Of a stretch of DNA of 64,000 nucleotides, positions 59,011 through 64,000 are shown piece by piece. Numbering within the stretch: the stretch's first letter is position 1; the number at the start of each line of letters is the position of its first letter. The DNA lies in contig OZ024755.1 in the NCBI GenBank assembly GCA_964016885.1, forward strand, positions 8,432,001 through 8,496,000, written 5' to 3'. A program made the translations under genes and the position numbers. Origin of the DNA: Eledone cirrhosa. Taxonomy: Eukaryota. The notes below the pieces were generated by a model. The model saw only the letters and a list, made by a program, of their open reading frames with translations, ran no database searches and was not told the origin of the DNA.

Positions 59011-61233
59011 ATAAATCAAAGTTGACAACCTAGCAACTACTCTAGATTTTGGCATTTGCGCTAGACGTGCATTTGTGTTTCTCGTTCACTGACAGAATTT
59101 CTCATCAACATTAATTCCATGACAGCCTACGCAGTCTCCATGAGCATTCAAAAGGGCAATTGTTACTGTTAACTCCTTGATAATAAACGAGTAACATTTA
59201 GGAAAATTCTTCTGTATTATTCGTCTTCATTCCATTCAGCGTTCCATTCATTATAGAACTAAAGCAAGAACTGCCAAACCTGCTATGTAGCGAGTAACCG
59301 TGCTGCTTAAATGAGAAAACAATTCGATTTCAGGCATTCGTTTCACTCCAAGAATATAATGTAGATAAAACTAGCAGATGCTTAATCATGCAAGTGGTCA
59401 TATCTATTACTATACACTCACACAAAAAGAAAAAAAAACACACACACACACACGCCCATGTGTGTGTTTTCGTTGTATAAGCAAGAGAAACAAAACAGTA
59501 TATGTGTAGAGTAATATTTATTTCATTATAGTTATACAGTTATTCCAGTAACTCCTGGGCCAGCAATCTCATTTTTAAGGGGAATTATGAAACCTCACAA
59601 GCATCATAAGTGCTTATAAGCACGAACACCCCTGTTCCTCAACATGCTGTTACAGTGTTTTCAAATGCATACCTACCTACCGATCAACCTGCTTATCTAC
59701 CTACAAACATACATACATCATACATGCACACACATAAACGTATACATATAGTCATATACATACACATGCATATATCGGCATATAATTATATAAATATGTA
59801 TGTATAGATATATAATTATTCCCAACATAATTGATATAGTTAAAGATATCTCTGATAAAGTATGTTATGGGTTGTTCTCGGGTATTTCTATATATAATAC
59901 GTGTCAGAGTTACCTAATAGTGAGAAAGCTATTATAGTGAAAAGCTGAACACAGTAGGGGATAATTAATTGTGAAGTAAGAGAAGTTATATATGAAATAA
60001 CAGTGGAATTGTAATTCATACATTATTTTCATAAACCGATTAGCAGCAAAAGATTATATATGTTGGTGATAATGGACTCTAGATGCAGTTCTTTATTCTG
60101 GTAATTGTTTTCCACGGTCACTTAATGAGATTTCTCTATTTTATTTATATAATTATTTTCAGAACTTAATATTTATAAAAAATAAAAATAAATATGTATA
60201 TACAATGTGATGTATATAAAATGATATTAAATGAGGGAAAAAATGTTATGAAAATGAATTTAAAAAGAGACCATATCTGGATGATGCATTTATCTATTTC
60301 AATACTTCCTTTTCCATTATTCCCATCTTCAGTTCTTGGCTATAATCCAGTGCAGGAGCCTGCTTTAGTATATCCATATATGTGAGATGACATCCAACAC
60401 ACTACACTCATTGCTATCTTCAGTTCATGAATACATTCTATTTATTCATAAATGAACAAGATGAATGTATAACAACTTCAAACATATAATTTGTTTTTAC
60501 AAAATGAAATAATTTATTCATATTGAATTGTAAACATTTTCAAACAGAAAGGGAGAGAGAAAAGTGAGAAAAAATAGAAAGGTTGGGAGAAAATTGGGAG
60601 GAACAAACGCTGAACCCTTGGTTGACTGGTATATTTCAACTGCGCTACCCTGAAAAAATGGCAAAAACATTGCCGCCAAAAACAAACTGTTATGGCCATC
60701 GCATCTGCCACATTTAGAAAATTAAAGGCTACGCTAAAATACCATCTTTGAGATCAAAGAATTCACATTTATAACAAAACGGTTATTAAGGCTCATGTAA
60801 AATAATAATTAACATGAAATAAATCATATCACATTGGCAGTACTCCTGCACTTGTCTTCATAAACACACTGTTGTATGGCAATAAACTGTCTACAAAGTA
60901 TACCTCTAGGTCGTGTAGTAATTAATACAACGTGTAATAAAACATTGGCGAGATTGAATTGATTGTAAACCTGTCATATTTGGAAAATATTACCATAAAA
61001 TTGAACTTGCCGTTTGTTCTGTTTAGAATAAACCTTGTTACCTCCAGACCATAACTTCTTAGAAATGTTCTCGTGTGTATTGTAAAAGTACAAATAGCTA
61101 CATATTTTTTTACAATTACAAACATACACATACACAACTAGGCAGGCACATGTATATACACATATGTGCGCGGGCGTGTGTATATATGTATATTTTTATA
61201 TACGTACGAATATATATATATATATATATATAT

Positions 61234-61310
61234 AAAGAATTAAAAAGAACAGAAAGATGCAGTAAAAGAGATTTATTCGGTTCTTACGTACGTTTCAATA
61301 GACATCTATT
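61234..61310 (-). mobile_element. TA-anchored short insert with hammerhead 3' half
   Basis: Minus strand AATAGA TG TCTATT GAAACGTACGTA AGAACCG AATAAA ... then TA tract. Confidence 0.55.
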
Positions 61311-61639
61311 TGCCTAGATCTCGCTACATCTATAATATTATATATTTAGTAGAGCATTCGATATCCAATGCACAATCGATCCCATATCATCAGAGATTAT
61401 ATATATATATATGAGTGTGTGTGCGTGCACATATGTATATAAGTATATTTTATGTCATTCTCATAAACAATCAACTTAACTGATGTGTGCCAAAACATCG
61501 TATTCTGATGCAATATATATACACACATTTTACAAGAATGTTTAGACCAAAGGTTTATCTGTATTGAAGTATTGTCGTGATGGAAACATGTTGAAATCAT
61601 TTGCTATATATTACTATTATACATTCATATATAAGACGT

Positions 61640-61805
61640 TGCATTGGCACAATTATTAATTCATCGAATCAAATGCAGTGTAGTATTGTGTTACGGTCCT
61701 CTACGTTCTAGTTTCAAATCCCGCTAAAATTAACTTAATCTTTCATCTTTCTACTCGACTTTGCACTTTCCACAAAATTGTTGCCTTTAACCTAAATTAG
61801 GATAT
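61640..61805 (+). mobile_element. Degenerate SINE
   Basis: TTGGCACAAT...TACGTTCTAGTTTCAAATCCCGCT...TTAACTTAATCTTTCATC...AAAATTGTTGCC...CCTAAATTAG. Confidence 0.55.
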
Positions 61806-62872
61806 AGTACATTATCTAGATAGCTAATTACAGTGAATTCTCTACTGAAATCTACGACATTAGAAACATACATGTTTGGATGGGGAAACAATTTATAATA
61901 TCGAACTGAATTGCTCTACAGGATCTAATTATTTTTTCCTAATACTCTGAAACAATAATTACAGCTCTGTTGTTGATTTGCTATATTCTTGTAGCACTCC
62001 TAATTTTAAGATTAACTGTGTTGAGAATGTGTTTGTTCGCAATTCCAAACTCACTGTTGGAGGGTTTGATTAAGATAGCTAACTACATTTCTATGCACTT
62101 TAAGAAGATATACTTAGGCGCCAGTAAGACGAAAATCGGAAATTAAGTTAATATCGTCTTATATATAACATTATTTTACTATAGAGGAAATATATTTGTC
62201 TCAAACGATAATAATTTTCTAGAATTAAACAATGTATCTCTGAAACTATTTAAATATTTTGATATGCTACAGTTCATTGTCTTTTGTAATAGATAAGCAA
62301 TAAGTTTAGAATTATCATTCTATTTAACTTAACAATATTTTACTTTCTGTTTTCCTAACAACATAATTCATGTTTTATCAAGTGTAACTAAGTGCACATG
62401 AAGAAGTGAAGATGTTTCTAATATAATAGTTGAAGCTCACTAGATATTTCTACACATTTATGAAGATTTCTGTAAAAGAAATATAGCAGTTAAAACAAAT
62501 ATAGGTGTCGACTAGAAAAGAAGAATATACTAGACTTATTTTAAAAACCATTATTACTCTGGTTTTAAAATTAATGTAAATGGGAAAGTGAGTATTGTAT
62601 TGGAAAATGTGAAATGTTGGAAAAATCTTTCCTTGAGCTCATCACAATTCGATCTTTACGCTACTTGTTTTGTATCAGTTTTTTCACATGCTCTTCTATT
62701 CCATAAAAGGGTTATACTAAACAATGTGGAAGATGTGATGATATGAATGTGTCAGGAGGCTCATCTATTCGATTCTTCTATTCGTCTATATACAATATGA
62801 TATGGGGTGACATGGGTTAATCTTTCAGGGTGAAAGAGCTGTATACATATACATAAATATCCATACCCTCCA

Positions 62873-62874
<2 letters not shown>

Positions 62875-62919
<45 letters not shown>

Positions 62920-63112
62920 TATCTATATATATACACATATCTATATATATATATACACACACATATCTATATATACACACATATCTATATATATACACAC
63001 ATATCTATATATATACACACATATCTATATATATACACATATCTCTATATATATATACACATATCTATATATATACACATATCTATATATATACATACAC
63101 ATATCTATATAT

Positions 63113-63143
<31 letters not shown>

Positions 63144-63158
63144 CACATATCTATATAT

Positions 63159-63189
<31 letters not shown>

Positions 63190-63790
63190 CACATATCTAT
63201 ATATATACACATATCTATATATATACATACACATATCTATATATATACATACACATATCTATATATATATACACATATCTATATATATATACACATATCT
63301 ATATATATATACACATATCTATATATATACACATATATATATATATACACACATATATATATATACACACATATATATATATACACACATATATATATAT
63401 ACACACACACACATATATATATATATATACACACACACATATATATATATATATTTATACATTTATATATATATATATATACACACACACATATATATAT
63501 ATATATTTATACATTTATATATATATATATATACATACATTTATATATATATATATACATATACATACATTTATATATATATATATATATATATATTTAT
63601 ACATTTATATATATATATATACATACATTTATATATATATATATATTTATACATTTATATATATATACATACATTTATATATATATATATATTTATACAT
63701 TTATATATATATACATACATTTATATATATATATATATTTATACATTTATATATATATACATACATTTATATATATATATATATTTATAG
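62875..63790. repeat. TA-derived minisatellites in two domains (ACACATATCTAT.. then ACATTTATAT..)
   Basis: Direct reading; the unit switches near 63330-63450. Confidence 0.95.
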
Positions 63791-64000
63791 ATTTAAATAA
63801 AATATGAATTCATAAAGATGGATTAATTTTAAAATGATTATTTAAAAATGCTCCGAAGTTCGATTAATCAATACACATTTGGATCGATTACAGAAAAAAA
63901 TTTATAAAACATTTGTATATAATTTCAGTGTAGAAATCACTTTTTTTCTGTACGGTCAGTGTATCTTATTAGTATTAGGGAATAAACAAGCCATAATGTC

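Overview
AT-rich animal genomic DNA, intronic or intergenic, with no host protein-coding exon that I can support. The repeat landscape suggests an octopod cephalopod (inference only): very large (TA)n-derived arrays, CAC/GGT triplet arrays and several tRNA-headed SINE families. Almost every ORF in the track is a translation of a microsatellite. Recognisable elements are (1) an internally deleted mariner transposon with 93-bp TIRs at 46858-47725, (2) the 3' end of an RTE-type LINE at 10766-10947, (3) many SINE copies, six with clear target-site duplications that all carry ATTAT at the tail end, and (4) a small TA-flanked MITE with internal 33-bp repeats. The most interesting signal is a set of short inserts in (TA)n tracts, from several unrelated families. 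They carry type I hammerhead-ribozyme-like motifs (CTGANGA / helix II / GAAA / often palindromic helix III / NUH), usually followed by AATAAA and a 3' end fused to TA repeats, as expected of Penelope-like pLTR remnants. Two of them form long palindromes whose symmetry centre lies at hammerhead helix II. All calls were made by eye, without database searches or folding software.
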